A stretch of 64,000 nt of DNA, from NCBI GenBank assembly GCA_965644295.1, contig CBFFRP010000395.1, positions 186,001 through 250,000 of the forward strand, read 5' to 3'. The notes under the pieces were generated by a model. The model was not told the DNA's origin. It saw only the letters and a program-made list of their open reading frames with translations, and ran no database searches. Position 1 is the first letter of the stretch. The number at the start of each line of letters is the position of its first letter. The position numbers were made by a program, and so were the translations under genes. This DNA is from Paraphysomonas bandaiensis. Lineage: Eukaryota > Protista > Chrysophyceae. Shown here piece by piece: positions 13,365 through 26,929 of the stretch.

Positions 13365-14426
13365 CTAGAGCTCAAAGTACTCCTTGTTTGCCATTTTATC
13401 GGCAAATCCCCATAATTTGTTCTTGTATACGTCTTTATGAGAGTACATCTCGCTTACCTCCAAATTTCCGTCGGCACCTGTGATATGAACATAAAATGCA
13501 ATTCTACAAAAAGTCCAACCATCAAAGGCTTACCACGAGACACCTTCCTATAAAGTGGCATATCATCAGTCAAGCTGTCTTTTATTTCTTCAAGCTGTTT
13601 TTTATTTTGCGAATAATTGAAACATCTCTTGAAGTTTAGGCAGCCTGGGATGTTGAATTAAAGGGACAGAGTAAAAGTATAAAGTATATGAAGCGTACCA
13701 ACTTCAATATCAAAGCCCGAATGCAAGAAAAATTTAAGATTAGGATAGTGCTTGGAGTGAAACCACTGACCCATCTGGTCATCATCTGCGAACATAGACG
13801 TCAGGAACTTACAGCTTCACTCGTATCGCTTACAATGATAGAATTCTGGAATGGCCATCCTCAACAATTCCAGGCGGTTCACTCCCTCGGAATCAGGATC
13901 GAACACAACCATTCTACAGTTTGACAACGCAAGAACCTTTCTCACCTCAGCAACTGTGTTTATCGCACCATCCATCTCTGTCACTTGCAAACCAAGTTTC
14001 GCAGCAGAGAGGAGACTGACATGCTGTGATGCATAAATTCAGTACTGTGAATGCATAGATTGTCAGAAACAATACCTTCACTTTATTATCGTGCATCCAA
14101 TTAAGAATTGGTATACCAGGGGAAAAGCCATAATCTAATAGTGCTTGCGCATGACCATCCACATGTTCCTATTCATACATATTCAGACTGAATCATATTT
14201 CCGTACAGTGTGTTTACATTGAATTCATGTGCACTCCATTTAACATTCTTATCAGTATAACGAACTGCTTCACGATGAGGTAAATCTTTTACAGCAGTAT
14301 CTAGTTTCGATACTAAAGTGGAAGCTTGTCGGCAGTTCCCTATACATAGATATGTGTCAGTGGATCATATAATAATAATATATGTATTATACTTCGGCCA
14401 AGAGAACATAAAATCATTCGTTGCAT
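13365..14426 (-). CDS. Short acyl-CoA synthetase (ACSF2-like) N-terminal-domain protein with mitochondrial-type presequence; ~7 exons, largely missed by the ORF track
   Basis: Spliced translation MQRMILCSLGRRNCRQASTLVSKLDTAVKDLPHREAVRY..W..EF..VDGHAQALLDYGFSPG..LSAAKLGL..IPEF..GQWFHSKHYPNLKF..DDMPLYRKVSRGADGNLEVSEMYSHKDV..EYFEL*; GT-AG junctions checked keep frame. Confidence 0.72.
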
Positions 14427-15161
14427 TGTATCTCTCTATAAAAATGTTCTTAATGCAGGAACTATGCTTACAATCTATGTTACTTAATAATATAACCCTT
14501 TGAACAACCAGTATATGTGCACAGTAATGTATGATGTTAACAGAGGTGCATATATACAGCAGCAGTAGATGCATGTTACATGGCTATACCATATATACAG
14601 CAATCACCTACAGCCTACAGCAGTATATGAGACAGCGTAATACAGTAGGGAGTACAGTAGAAGTATATTTTTATTGTACACAAATCCAGAAATAAATAAA
14701 AAAAATGGGAAAGTAAAAATTACATTATAAAAAAAGTTCCATTCACATAAAAATTATATAATATAGACCAAAAACTGTTACCTAAAAACCTACGATATTA
14801 CCAAGAAAATTATACCCCAAACCAACTTTTGATTTTTGGCCAATTAATTCACTGCTCTGTCTCTTCAAGATACACTCTGGAACTTTTTGTATAGCCAAAA
14901 AGCCCAAAAAAAACAATTGTATATTATCTGCTATATGGTATATATATATATGTGTACATTTATATATAAAAAAAACACTCAATGATTTTTTTGGTCTAAA
15001 ATTGTTCTTTGATGAAGAAGAAGTATGTCAAGACCTGAAAAATCATTAAAATGTGTGGGTTTAGATGCATCATATATACATACACTTACAAGAAGTAGAG
15101 TATCATCATTCTATTAACATTAACGTACTATTAGTTCTTATATACTATTATACATTCTATT

Positions 15162-16190
15162 ATGACAAGTCAACTAAGAAATCGTTTTACTCATAATATG
15201 ATGAAAACAATATTTCAACAATCTAATCGATCATTATCTGCTACTGCTAATGTATGGGTTGATAAGAATACGAAGGTTATATGTCAAGGATTTACTGGTA
15301 AACAAGGAACATTTCATTCGGAACAAGCTATTGCATATGGTACTCAAATGGTGGGTGGAGTAACCCCTAAAAAAGGTGGAACAACTCATCTTGGTCTACC
15401 AGTGTTTAATACTGTAGCGGAAGCTGTGGATAGTGTCAAACCTGATGCAACTGTCATTTACGTACCACCAAAATTTGCTGCTGATGCTATTATTGATGCT
15501 GTGAAGAATGAAATAGCTCTTATTGTGTGTATTACTGAGGGAATACCCCAACAAGACATGGTCAAGGTTTGGATTGGATTTTATGTAAAGTTTTATCGTC
15601 ACTAGTTTTTTCTGCAGGTGAAGTGGCATCTTAACCAGCAAACTGCCAGTAGACTCATTGGTCCTAACTGCCCTGGCATTATCAAGCCAGAGGAATGTAA
15701 GATTGGCATTATGCCAGGGTATATCCATAAAAAGGGAAAGATTGGAGTCGTCAGTAGATCTGGCACCCTCACATACGAGGCTGTTTCCCAGACTACCGAG
15801 GTCGGTCTCGGTCAGAGCACATGCGTCGGTATTGGAGGTGATCCTTTTAATGGAACCAATTTCATAGACTGTTTGGAGCGATTCACACACGACCCTGAGA
15901 CTGAGGGTATCATCATGATTGGGGAGATCGGTGGAAGCGCTGAGGAGGACGCAGCAGAGTGGCTTAAGGAGTATGGCGACCCCAGCAAGCCTGTTGTTGG
16001 ATTCATCGCTGGAACTACAGCCCCTCCCGGGCGCCGTATGGGACATGCTGGTGCTATTGTCTCTGGAGGCAAGGGAACGGCTGCTGCTAAATTCTCTGCA
16101 TTGAACGATGCCGGCGTCCACATTTCTAGATCCCCCGCTGATTTGGGAGTCACTATGCTGAAAGCAATGCAAGATGCCGGTAAGGCTTAA
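15162..16190 (+). CDS. SUCLG1: Succinyl-CoA ligase alpha subunit, mitochondrial; intron 15567-15617
   Basis: [41 protein letters not shown] (phospho-His). Confidence 0.97.
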
Positions 16191-16831
16191 GTGGCCCGGA
16201 TTGTAGACGATGGTGTTTGTCATATATAGGATTTGTTAGGGGGTTTCGTTATGTACTCACTGTTTAAATTTATTAACAAAATGAGTGCTTTTATAAACGT
16301 GGTATATTTAGAATTTTAAACCAACAACAAAGTATTAGAATTCTAAATCAACTACAACTTGAAGTTACGAATGCATACGTAGCAGATCAAATAAATCGAG
16401 GGCTCGCCCTCTCCTCTCCCCTCGTGTTTTTTCGTCTTGCTTCACCTACATACTACATACCATGCCCATTAAAGGTACAAAAGACAGCGAAATTCGTGTT
16501 ATATTTATGTTATGCGCGTACTTAGTACTATGCTCTCTTCAAGTGTCTCGTCGTTAGCGTGGTATTGTACTAATCCGCCTCATAACTACATTGTAAGAAA
16601 GACATGTGGAGACGCTGAAAACAGGAACACTATTTGATTGAAAGGTATAAGCGGAGAAATCCTACACGCAAAATAGAATATCTTCATTCGTGAAAATATA
16701 AAAGCAAGAGACTAGTTTAAATACAACTGTGTTACTTTTCTTATTGATACCTACCAGAAGATGCACGGACATCAACAGTGCACAACATAATAATCAAGAT
16801 TTCTTGCGAACTACCATATAAGTCAACACTG

Positions 16832-17917
16832 CTACTTCTTGCTCGATGTATTCTTGAGCACAAGCACTCCAAGCATTATTGCAATGAGAAATACAAGCAC
16901 TATAATACAACGCATGGGAAGAGCAGATTTCTGGTAATTCTCTGCCTTCTCTAGTTGTACGATGCCTTCTTTGGTGTGCTCCAGTACCTGCTCCATGTTA
17001 TAGTCAATCCTGTCAAGAATTGTTCCCTGATCAATGACAAGTACGGCAAGTTCCTTAAAAATTTGGGCCAGCTCTTCGATAGACTTTGCAATACGGGTAA
17101 TTTCTTCATCGCGCTGATTTACAAGATCCTCCGTGTCTTCCAGGATCTGCATCTGCGCCGTAGTGAAACCCGTGTCCACCTCAGCCAGGCCAGACTTCTT
17201 CTCATTAGAAAGAAAATCAAACGCTTGAGCACCACTGCCTGACTTCTGAGCCTGAAGTCTGGAGAGGTATTCCTGTGATAACCGTTATGACACATATCAA
17301 TAGACAACAAAACTACCTTCTGACTGCCTCTGAAGGACATGCTAAGGCCTTGAAGTTTTTTGGCCATAGAACGCTGCATGTTTGCACGAACCGTAAGTTC
17401 CTGCTGAGATATGTTGGCTTCATCTCCTTGGCTGCCAAATCTCTTGAGTAGTCCCTCTGCATGTCTGAAAATATCTGTAATATCCTGGGTTAGAATATCA
17501 ATTTCGCGCTCTTGGACGACTTCATCAGTTTCAAAATTGACCATTAATCGTTTTGTATGTAATGCACCCAACTCCCTCACTATATCATGAAATATTACTA
17601 AAATAATTAATATAATTTATAAATATATACTTTTGCTTTGAATTCTTGCAATATCAGCTTCAGCTTGCTCAATACTATCTACCCATAGAGGAGGTAGTGT
17701 ATCTTTGGCAGATTTCCAATTGCTATGATCTGGTCCCTATATATATATAAATATTATTTTATAAATATCATTTAATTATATATATAATTACTATATTTCT
17801 TACCAATAAACCACTATCTGATGACTCCTCTTTACCATCATATGAACGTATGGTACGATTAGCTTTTGCTGCATTTCTAATTTCCACAAAACGACGTGTT
17901 AAATTACGTGTTGTCAT
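16832..17917 (-). CDS. STX16: Syntaxin-16 / Tlg2-like Qa-SNARE, 4 exons
   Basis: N-peptide MTTRNLTRRF, LPPLWVD, SNARE motif IAKSIEELAQIFKELAVLVIDQGTILDRIDYNME, C-terminal TM helix. Confidence 0.92.
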
Positions 17918-18391
17918 AGTATATTATATATGTAGTTTATTAGTATATTGGGGCTTGTAATGTGACTGATGTATGATGTGTATTAATCCTATAGTGGTAT
18001 ATCTGATATGGTTGCTTGAGATATGTGTGTATATGATATATGCCTGATAACATACACACACATGCATAGCTACCTACCTACAGTACCTACCTATACATAC
18101 AGCTGTACATAATAACCATCTCTACAGTCATATGGATGTACATATACAAACCATCGCTATATTGTACTCACCAGCAGCAGGTGTGTTGTACGTTTATATA
18201 CATATGTCACTGTACATATACATACACCACATTCACACATTCATTAATATTATCCAATCAAATCAATATAATCTATATTTATAGGTTACGAACGACCAAT
18301 GTGTGTGGAACACACATACACACTCCTTAATAGGAATTTTAACGTACATTACACAGTAAATTATTAAACACCAAAATCTACATATGAAGCA

Positions 18392-20005
18392 ATGAAGTTC
18401 ATAAAATCAAGTATTATTCATAGAAGGAGTTTCATTACATATCGCTTATGTTCTACTCAACGCCCTTTTTACATATCTACACCTATATTTTATGTTAATG
18501 GGGATCCTCATTTAGGTCATGCATACACACTAGTTATAGCAGATTCTATTGCTAGATTTATGAGACAATGTCAATATGATGTTTTCTTTTTAACTGGTAC
18601 AGATGAATATGGACAAAAAGTAGAACAATCTGCTGATAATGAGGGAAAAACTCCAACACAATTTACTGATGAAAAATCAAATCTTTTTAAAAATCTCACT
18701 GTATCTCTTAATTGTTCTCACAATGACTTTATTCGTACAACAGAAGATAGACACAGAAATACGGTCGAACGAATTTGGGACAATCTTCATAACAAGAATG
18801 GTATATACTTCGGTGCCTATGAAGGATGGTATGCAGTTCGCGATGAGGCATTTTATAGTGATGATGAACTAGTGAATGGTAAAGCACCGACGGGTGCTGA
18901 TGTCGAGTGGGTCAAGGAAGACAGCTTCTTTTTTCGACTTTCTGATTGGGCGTCCACACTTCAGTCTTATTATAAGGAAAATCCTTATTTTGTCCTGCCA
19001 AGTGGGAGGATGAGTGAAATGATGAATGCCATGTCGTTGAACGGCGGACTCCAAGATCTTTCTATTTCCCGAACTAGTTTTAAGTGGGGCATTCCTGTGC
19101 CACCATCTGCACGTGCGATAGCTGGAAGCAATGACCATGTTGTATACGTATGGCTGGATGCTCTTAGCAACTACCTTAGCGCTCTTGGCTACCTCCGACC
19201 TGAGGATCCTCAGCATGGTCGCATGGGACAATATTGGCCCGCTGATGTGCATGTTATTGGCAAAGATATACTCCGCTTTCATGCTATCATATGGCCGGCA
19301 GTTGTGTTGGCTCTTGGGCTGCAACCCCCTCGAACAGTCCTAGCACATGGATGGTGGACAATGGACGGGGAAAAGATGTCCAAATCGCTGGGAAATGTGA
19401 TTGATCCATTTGATTTACTAAGCACATATGGTGAGGATCGCCTCCGCTTTTTTCTTCTTGCTGAGACTCCAGTGGGTAGTGACGGGGACTTTACAATGGA
19501 CGCGTTCGTGCGGCGGGTAAACAACTGTCTCGGTGACGATATCGGAAACCTTGTCCAGCGCGTGCTTACTATGGTAAAAAAGAACTGTAACAGCGAGGTT
19601 CCTGAACCTGGGGTATTATTGGAGAGAGACGAAGATCTTCTCCGCCTTGCAGAAACTGCATTGGAAGAGTGCAAGGAATGCATGCGCACCTATAATACAC
19701 ATGGTATGGTGGAGGCCATCATGCGGGTACCCAGGGCAGGAAATAGATATGTTAATGCGGAAGCACCATGGGTTCTCCGCAAAACCGACGAGCAAAGAAT
19801 GAAGACAGTGCTTTACGTAATGGTGGAGCTAATTCGGAGAATTGGAGTGCTGTTAGAGCCCATTATACCAAACTCTAGCTCCAAAATATTGGATCAGGTA
19901 GGTGCTGCTTCTGACATGCGAACATTCAGCTCGCTTGCCGGAAGATTAGCTCCAGGCACGCTCCTCCCCTCGCCCAGCCCAGTGTTCCCTAAGATAGAAA
20001 AGTAG
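18392..20005 (+). CDS. Methionyl-tRNA synthetase, organellar type, intronless
   Basis: FYISTPIFYVN..PHLGH, GTDEYG, YVWLDAL, GKDILRFH, KMSKS; N-terminal transit-like peptide. Confidence 0.96.
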   Translation: MKFIKSSIIHRRSFITYRLCSTQRPFYISTPIFYVNGDPHLGHAYTLVIADSIARFMRQCQYDVFFLTGTDEYGQKVEQSADNEGKTPTQFTDEKSNLFKNLTVSLNCSHNDFIRTTEDRHRNTVERIWDNLHNKNGIYFGAYEGWYAVRDEAFYSDDELVNGKAPTGADVEWVKEDSFFFRLSDWASTLQSYYKENPYFVLPSGRMSEMMNAMSLNGGLQDLSISRTSFKWGIPVPPSARAIAGSNDHVVYVWLDALSNYLSALGYLRPEDPQHGRMGQYWPADVHVIGKDILRFHAIIWPAVVLALGLQPPRTVLAHGWWTMDGEKMSKSLGNVIDPFDLLSTYGEDRLRFFLLAETPVGSDGDFTMDAFVRRVNNCLGDDIGNLVQRVLTMVKKNCNSEVPEPGVLLERDEDLLRLAETALEECKECMRTYNTHGMVEAIMRVPRAGNRYVNAEAPWVLRKTDEQRMKTVLYVMVELIRRIGVLLEPIIPNSSSKILDQVGAASDMRTFSSLAGRLAPGTLLPSPSPVFPKIEK

Positions 20006-20462
20006 ACGAAGTAGTTGAGATACTGACTTTTTTACTAGTAGTGTTTTCTATAAAGTGTATGAAGGAAAGAATTATATCGAATTATGGTTTACTATTTACT
20101 AGATCACAAAAACTACCAGCAGTACTACACAGGTTGCACTATGCACTAGAAGTGAATCTACGGCTCTATTCTTCCTACAACGCTAAATAATTCTACTAAC
20201 TAGAATTGTTCTAGAATAATGTCAAATAGCTCTAAATAATTACCATATGACCCACGTATTCCTTTATATTAGTAGGAGGGTGAAGCAGCGTAGAACTGCT
20301 GGAACCTGTGAATATTTCAGGTCGCAAGTGTGGTGGAAGAGGAAAAGCGGGAGTGTGATGGGCTTCAGAAATTAACCTTACGTATTATATCTGACTTAGC
20401 AAAACATATTGGTAATTAAGGGCGAGCTCTGCACTAGTACACTCTCGGAAAGGGGAAAATAT

Positions 20463-21251
20463 CTACGATGTAATTTTCATATCAGTTTTCTTCCCAGAGT
20501 TGCTCGAATACGTCTCCATCTTAGTTGCTCTGATTATATACAAAATCATTTCTATCACAAACATAACAATAGATCCCGCCAGTCCAAGCATGAGACACTG
20601 AATGTGGTATTAGCAAGACGGAAACGGATGAGGTGCGAAATATATACCTGGATCTGAGAATATCCCAACTTCGTTCCGCCATAGTAGCATACTCCGAACA
20701 TCGCAAAGAGTGTAACAATCATATTACTACTAACTGCCATTTGGTATTTCGCGGATTTTAAAGACGCCGAAATGCTGTCGCTTTCCGAAGGTGGCCTAAA
20801 AATAAAAATTATTTTCGTCCAAATTACATGTATAGCGAATACGTACCTATCACTGCCATGAATCATTTGGTTATACTCTCTCGTTTGTTGTCGCATGGTC
20901 AAGTATTCACGACGTTTTTTAACTTCTTCAGACACCTATATATTATATTACAACAACATATCTGTCAATCATATAACCATGTCTGACCTCATGTGATGGT
21001 GGTTTTAACATAGGAAAATGTAATACACGTTGTTGTCCTTTTATAAATGAATGTAATATACGTCCTTTTCCTTCATGTTTTAAATATTTACTTAAAAGTT
21101 TAAGTGAATCTATAGATATGGATTTATTATCATAATCCTTTTGAAGGATTGTCATCTCAGTGGCGTTATAAAGATGAACATCATTATCTTTATATTCCAT
21201 AGCAGTTTGTAATAGATTTAATAAAGATGTTGTAGCAATAATTTCAGCCAT
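20463..21251 (-). CDS. Vma12/TMEM199-like V-ATPase assembly factor, 4 exons
   Basis: KRREYL..RQQTREYNQM motif followed by two TM helices ending IEMILYIIR. Confidence 0.75.
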
Positions 21252-21880
21252 TATTTAATATATATATAGAGAGAGATTGTTTGATTATGCTAATTCTATA
21301 GTTATGTTGTGTTAAAGTAATCTATATATATATATATATAGAGGAGATACATGTACACAGTAGACTGTGATTGTTATCATATGGCATTCTGTGTACTGTG
21401 GTATAAATAACAATATAAGGAGCATAAAATCCTATATTTTCATAAAATACTCTAGAATATAGTCCATGTAAATAATCTAAACACTTCGTACACAGCACAT
21501 TTGCTCCAAATTTTCTTGTCCACATAATTTACGAAGTGGATACTGTATATATCGCACTGTACCAAAGAAGCTGAAAACACAAAAGCCAGGTTTTTTAATA
21601 CTATAAAATAGGGAGTATTGGAACTACAGTATATACAAAAATGAGTATATCATTCAAAATACGGATATTTTCGTATCAATAGATACTCTATACATACAAG
21701 TACATACACATGCATAGTGTAGTACGAGTGTGTATGTCTGTGATCGTGATCTAGATGGTCTTGCAATACATATACACAGTCCTCATTACCATTAACATAT
21801 AGCTATATCTATATCTACAACCTTATCTGATTATAATTCTATTATTCTATCATTCTATTATAGTCTAATACAATAAATTA

Positions 21881-24800
21881 ATGGAACACGCATTATCATA
21901 TGAAGAAACTAAGTTTATATGGGCACCACATCCAGAGAATGTATGGATATTAGCAGATGTACAATCAATTGATGAAACTAGTGGGATTGTTGTCATATCA
22001 ACAGATCATGGTGTTGAAACACTTCATTTAAAAGATACAAGTATATATCATTCATCTCATAGTGATGAAATGGATAATTTATGTACAATGAATAAATTTC
22101 ATGAAGCACCATTAATTGATGCATTACGTAAACGACTCTTTAACAAGAAAATATATACCAATATAGGAGATGTTTTAATATCAATTAATCCTTATGAAGA
22201 AATAAATGGTCTTTATGATGATCCTCTAGCATATTTTACTCCTTCAGATGTTGATCTTAATGTTGATTTGCCACCGCATATATTTCGAGTTGGAAATGCG
22301 TCGCTGTGTGCAGTGCTTAAAAGCACATCTTTTTCATCATTATGTGAAGTTAGAAACCAGTCTATTATCATCAGTGGCGAAAGTGGAGCTGGTAGAACTA
22401 ATTATATGCATTATTCTGCTGATCTAATTTGGTGCAGGTAAAACTGAAGCGTCGAAGAAAATTATCCAGTTCTTGATTGAGGCCGATAAATATATTCGTC
22501 AGTTAGATGCTGGAACCACAGAGCAGTCGAGTGGATCAGTAGATCTTAATGGCGTAAATATTTCATTAGATTGCCCAGGGGACAAAATTCGTCGTTGTAT
22601 CATGGAGAGCACTGCAATCTTTGAGTCGTTCGGAAACGCTAAAACGCTTCGCAATGATAACTCATCACGGTTCGGAAAGTTTATCAAGTTGCGTTACGGC
22701 TCCAGTAATCGTCTTGAGAATGCATATGCAGAGACCTTTTTACTTGAAAAGTCCCGGCTATCAAGTGTTGGCGCAGGAGAACGGAATTACCATGTATTTT
22801 ACGAAATGCTCTCCGGAACAGACTCCACTCTCGAGAAGTACATTCTAAGTTTGGGTGAGATATCGGAATACAAAATACTCTTAGGTGAAGGAGGTGAGCT
22901 TGCGGCAACTCCAGGGGCGAAACATGATGCGACCGAGTTCGAAAGACTTTGTCGATCTCTTCGCACACTTGGGTGCAGCGAGGATGACATGGTATGTCTG
23001 TGGAGGGTATTGGCCACACTGCTCCACATGGGCAATATTGACTGTTACAATTCAGAGGATTCCGATTCACCTGCTGAGCTTCACTTTTCTCAGTGTGCTG
23101 TAGACATGGAATTTATTGCGAGAACGTTTGGGGTATCTGCGGAACAGCTTCACACAGCTCTCACGGTGAGGATAATAAAGGCCTATCGTCGAGCCTCTTT
23201 CTCAACTAAGTCTCTTACAGCTGAGGAAGTCGCATTCAACATATCTGCACTCATGAAGTACATATATGGGGGAGTGTTTAAGTGGCTACAGAATATGATA
23301 AATAATGCTTTTTCAAGCTGCAATGGCCAGTCACCTCGTTCAAAGTCTAGTGCCTTCATTGGAATTCTCGATATATTCGGCTTTGAGATTATGGAAGAGA
23401 ATTCTTTTGAGCAGCTATGTATTAACTTCGCGAATGAACTATTACAGAAACTCTTCAACGAAACGATATTTACTTCGGAGCAGGAGGAATATGCAAGGGA
23501 AGGAATTATTTGGCAAACCCTAGACTACAAGGTGTGACTAGTGGCTTAATTTGCAATGTATGTTTTGATAATAGTTTGCGCAGGACAACCAAGATGTCAT
23601 TGATCTCATATCTAAGAAACCTAACGGCCTTTTTCATGTTATGGATGCACAAGGTAAGGTGCTGTGTTTATATAATTGGGGATTTCATTGTGCAGTTATT
23701 AATGTATGATTACAGGAATGTTAAACCGAAAGACTGATGACGCCGCCCTAGTTGCGACCTTCAATAAAGCTCACCTGACCAAAGACGGGACAGGTCCCTA
23801 CGGCAGGTCTCGGTTTGGATCCAACGAGGGATTCATTGTGCGACATTTTGCTGGTGATGTCGAGTACTCTGTAACTGGGTTTATAGCTAAGAACAACAGT
23901 TCGTTGCAAGAGGACCTGATGGAAGTCCTACGATCGACGTCGAAGCAGTTCGTTAAGGATTTGATAGAGGCTGAAGAAGAAGAGGATCCGGATGATACGG
24001 AGGAGGAGGAAGGAGGTACTGGAGTGTTACGCGCCATGAAACGCCGATTATCATTCAATGCTTCACGGAGTAAAAAGCTTGCTGCAACTGTAACCGTATC
24101 AAGCCGGTTCAGAGATCAGCTGAGTTCACTTATCGGAGCTCTTCACAAGACCAAAACACACTATGTAAAGTGCATTAAACCGAATTTAGACAAAGCCCCT
24201 GCTGCATTTGATGCCCCACTTGTAATGCACCAGCTGAAATGTAATGGGATTATGGAGCTGGTACGTATCAAGAGACAAGGGTACCCGACACACTCGGAGT
24301 TTTCTACCTTTTACAGAGTATTTCGAGTCCTTGCTCATGGTAAACGGTGGCCTGCTCCAAGCGAATGTTCTCCTGTGATGCTGAAAGAGTATTCTCAGAA
24401 GATTGCTGAATCTTCTCTTCCCAGCAATATGTACCAAGTGGGACATCACAAGTTGTTTTTGAGGGATGGATTTGAGGAATATATGAGGCAGGCCAAGAAC
24501 GAAGTTTTAGCTGAACAGGCCACTATAATTCAGTCTTCGTACAGAATGTGTGTTGTTCGACGTTCGTTCAAACGAATTCAGCGCGCAGTGGTTATTGTAC
24601 AGTGCTTTGTTAGGGGTTTTCTGGCGAGGTGCCACCTACGGCATAGTAGGAATGCTACACTTCGACTGCAAAGTGTCGTGCGAATGTTTATATACTCTAG
24701 TGCTTATAGAAGACAAAAGAATGCTGCTGTTGTGATGAGTACAGCATATCGTTGTCATAGAAATAGAGTTGCGTATATGAGAATGCGTCGGAGTGCGTTG

Positions 24801-25151
24801 TTGCTATCGTCATTTTTCCGCATGGCCCGCGAAAGAAAGCAGTATGTTCAGCGCACTCGAATGGTGATAAAGATTCAGTGTGCAGTGAGGTGTTTGATGG
24901 CTGTCAAAAGGATAAAATTGAAGCGGCGAGTTCTCCGTGAGCAACAATTAAGAATGGAAAGAAGTGACGCTTTGTTAAGAGTACGAGCTGCAATTGTAAT
25001 TCAGCATTTTTTCCGAACAATACAAAGAAGAGGTGGTGCGGAGAAAGCTAAAGGGAAGTTGCACTTTGTCGCGCCATCGAAGAAGACTATCGTCAATAGT
25101 ATTTGCAAGAGATTTGTCGCTAATCTTCGTGCTAGAATTGTAGCGAAATAG
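21881..25151 (+). CDS. Myosin heavy chain: SH3-like N-terminus, motor domain, multiple IQ motifs, short basic tail; 3 introns
   Basis: IYT..GDVLISINPY, GESGAG|KTE split by an intron, NDNSSRFGK, ILDIFGFE, NSFEQLCINFANE, HYVKCIKPN, IQ repeats. Confidence 0.96.
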
Positions 25152-25783
25152 TTCGTCAATTTAGCATTTGCAGTTATGACGTTATTGAGTTCATTGTTAA
25201 GTGATTTAATTTAAACTACATGCATCATAAGTACAATGTTTTTTCATACAACAGTGTAGTGATAAGAAATTGCAACTGCTTAATGCACTGCGGTACTCTA
25301 ATATCACAGAACATATAGTACTATGTGTTACTGCTTTGCAGGACATTTCTAATACGTCTTGAAGTGATTCACTATATTAATACAGCACGGACATAGTTCA
25401 ATGACTTAAATAGCCTGCCTGTACTATATACTCACAACTTAGTTTTATCTAGTCAACTGTTACTCTTTATTTAGCTACTTAGCTACAAGTAACTGTATAC
25501 CCCGTATATAATGCAGTAATAATTTCGTATTGTTTAGTGAACTATGGATAGGGTATGTCTATATGTAATATCTGCCATATTTCGATAATGTGGCCATAGT
25601 GCAGGCTCGTTGGAGTTCATCCCCTATAACACCAAAGTTTTGCGCTGATTCTACGCAGTCACCCACCCGTCCACTATCTTGGCTTACCAAATAGATCGCG
25701 GAGAGATTCATACATGCCACCCTACTGCAACATCCGTGTTCGCCTACGTGAGATTTCTTATAGCTATGCAAGACTCTCATAGT

Positions 25784-26929
25784 TTACCATAAGGTTGCGT
25801 CAGAGTACATCCAAGTGTCCTCCCTCTCTTGCAGCCTACACTCAAGCCCATGCATCCCATGGACACGGAGGTCCTGAGAACGAATCCATTCCAGAACATC
25901 CAGGTATCCACCACTGGCAGCAGCACTGCAAGTCTGTATATCCCACGGACAAGGAGGGTCCTGAGAACGAAGCCACTTCAGAACATCCAAGTGACCACCC
26001 CCAGCAGCCAAGAAACAAGCTTCTTTATTCCATGGAAACGGAGGGTCCTGCCAACGAATCCACTTCAGAACATCCAAGTGTCCACTCCTTGCAGCAACAT
26101 TGCAAGTGTACTCATCCCACGGACAAGGAGGGTCCTGTGAACGAAGCCACTTCAAAACATCCAAGTGTCCACCCCTAGCAGCAACATTGCAAGTGTACTC
26201 ATTCCATGGACATGGAGGGTTCTGTGAACGAAGCCACTTCAGAACATCCAAGTGTTCACTCCTAGCAGCAGCACTGCAAGTCCGTGCATCCCATGGACAA
26301 GGAGGTTCCTGGGAACGAAGCCACTTCAGAACATCCAAGTAACCACCCTTAGCAGCAGCATTGCAAGTCTGTACATCCCATGGACAAGGAGGGTCCTGAG
26401 AACGAAGCCACTTCAGAACATCCAAGTGACCACTCCTAGCAGCCAAGAAACAAGCTTCTTTATTCCATGGAAACGGAGGGTCCTGCCAACGAATCCACTT
26501 CAGAACATCCAAGTGACCACCCCTAGCAGCCTCGATCCAAGTCCATTCATCCCACGGACATGGAGGGTCCTGTGAACGAAGCCACTGCAAGACTTTCAAG
26601 TGTCCACCCCTAGCAGCCTCGATACAAGTGTATTCATTCCATGGACATGGAGGGTCATGTAGACGAAGCCATATTAGAAGATCTAAGTGTCCAATCTTAG
26701 CAGCAGCACTGCAAGTCTGTGCATCACTTAGACATGGAGGGTTCTGTGAGCGAATCCACTCTAGAACATTTAAGTGTCCACCTCTAGCAGCAGAGAGGAT
26801 ACATGTCTGTGCATTCCAGGGATATGGAGGGTCCTGTGAGCGAAGCCCCTGTAGTATATTCAAGTTTCCATTCTCTGCAGCAGCATTGCAACTGTCTTCT
26901 TTAATAAGGATATTACCTCTATTCGACAT
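25784..26929 (-). CDS. Ankyrin-like 'CPW' repeat protein (~12 x 29-aa units), intronless
   Basis: Consensus C..AARGGHLDVLKWLRSQDPPCPWD; 87-bp DNA periodicity. Confidence 0.88.
   Translation of the reverse strand: MSNRGNILIKEDSCNAAAENGNLNILQGLRSQDPPYPWNAQTCILSAARGGHLNVLEWIRSQNPPCLSDAQTCSAAAKIGHLDLLIWLRLHDPPCPWNEYTCIEAARGGHLKVLQWLRSQDPPCPWDEWTWIEAARGGHLDVLKWIRWQDPPFPWNKEACFLAARSGHLDVLKWLRSQDPPCPWDVQTCNAAAKGGYLDVLKWLRSQEPPCPWDARTCSAAARSEHLDVLKWLRSQNPPCPWNEYTCNVAARGGHLDVLKWLRSQDPPCPWDEYTCNVAARSGHLDVLKWIRWQDPPFPWNKEACFLAAGGGHLDVLKWLRSQDPPCPWDIQTCSAAASGGYLDVLEWIRSQDLRVHGMHGLECRLQEREDTWMYSDATLW

Noticed and set aside
15396-16223. 275-aa antisense ORF over SUCLG1
   Set aside because: Shadow frame of a conserved gene; it crosses the intron and has no motifs.
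16398-16432. Hairpin GAGGG-CTCG-CCCTC followed by a pyrimidine/T tract
   Set aside because: Single short hairpin in a convergent 3' region; insufficient evidence for a Helitron end or RNA gene.
25800-26880. Regularly spaced 87-bp repeats as a CRISPR-like array
   Set aside because: The whole unit is repeated in frame and codes for ankyrin-like repeats; there are no unique spacers or cas genes.
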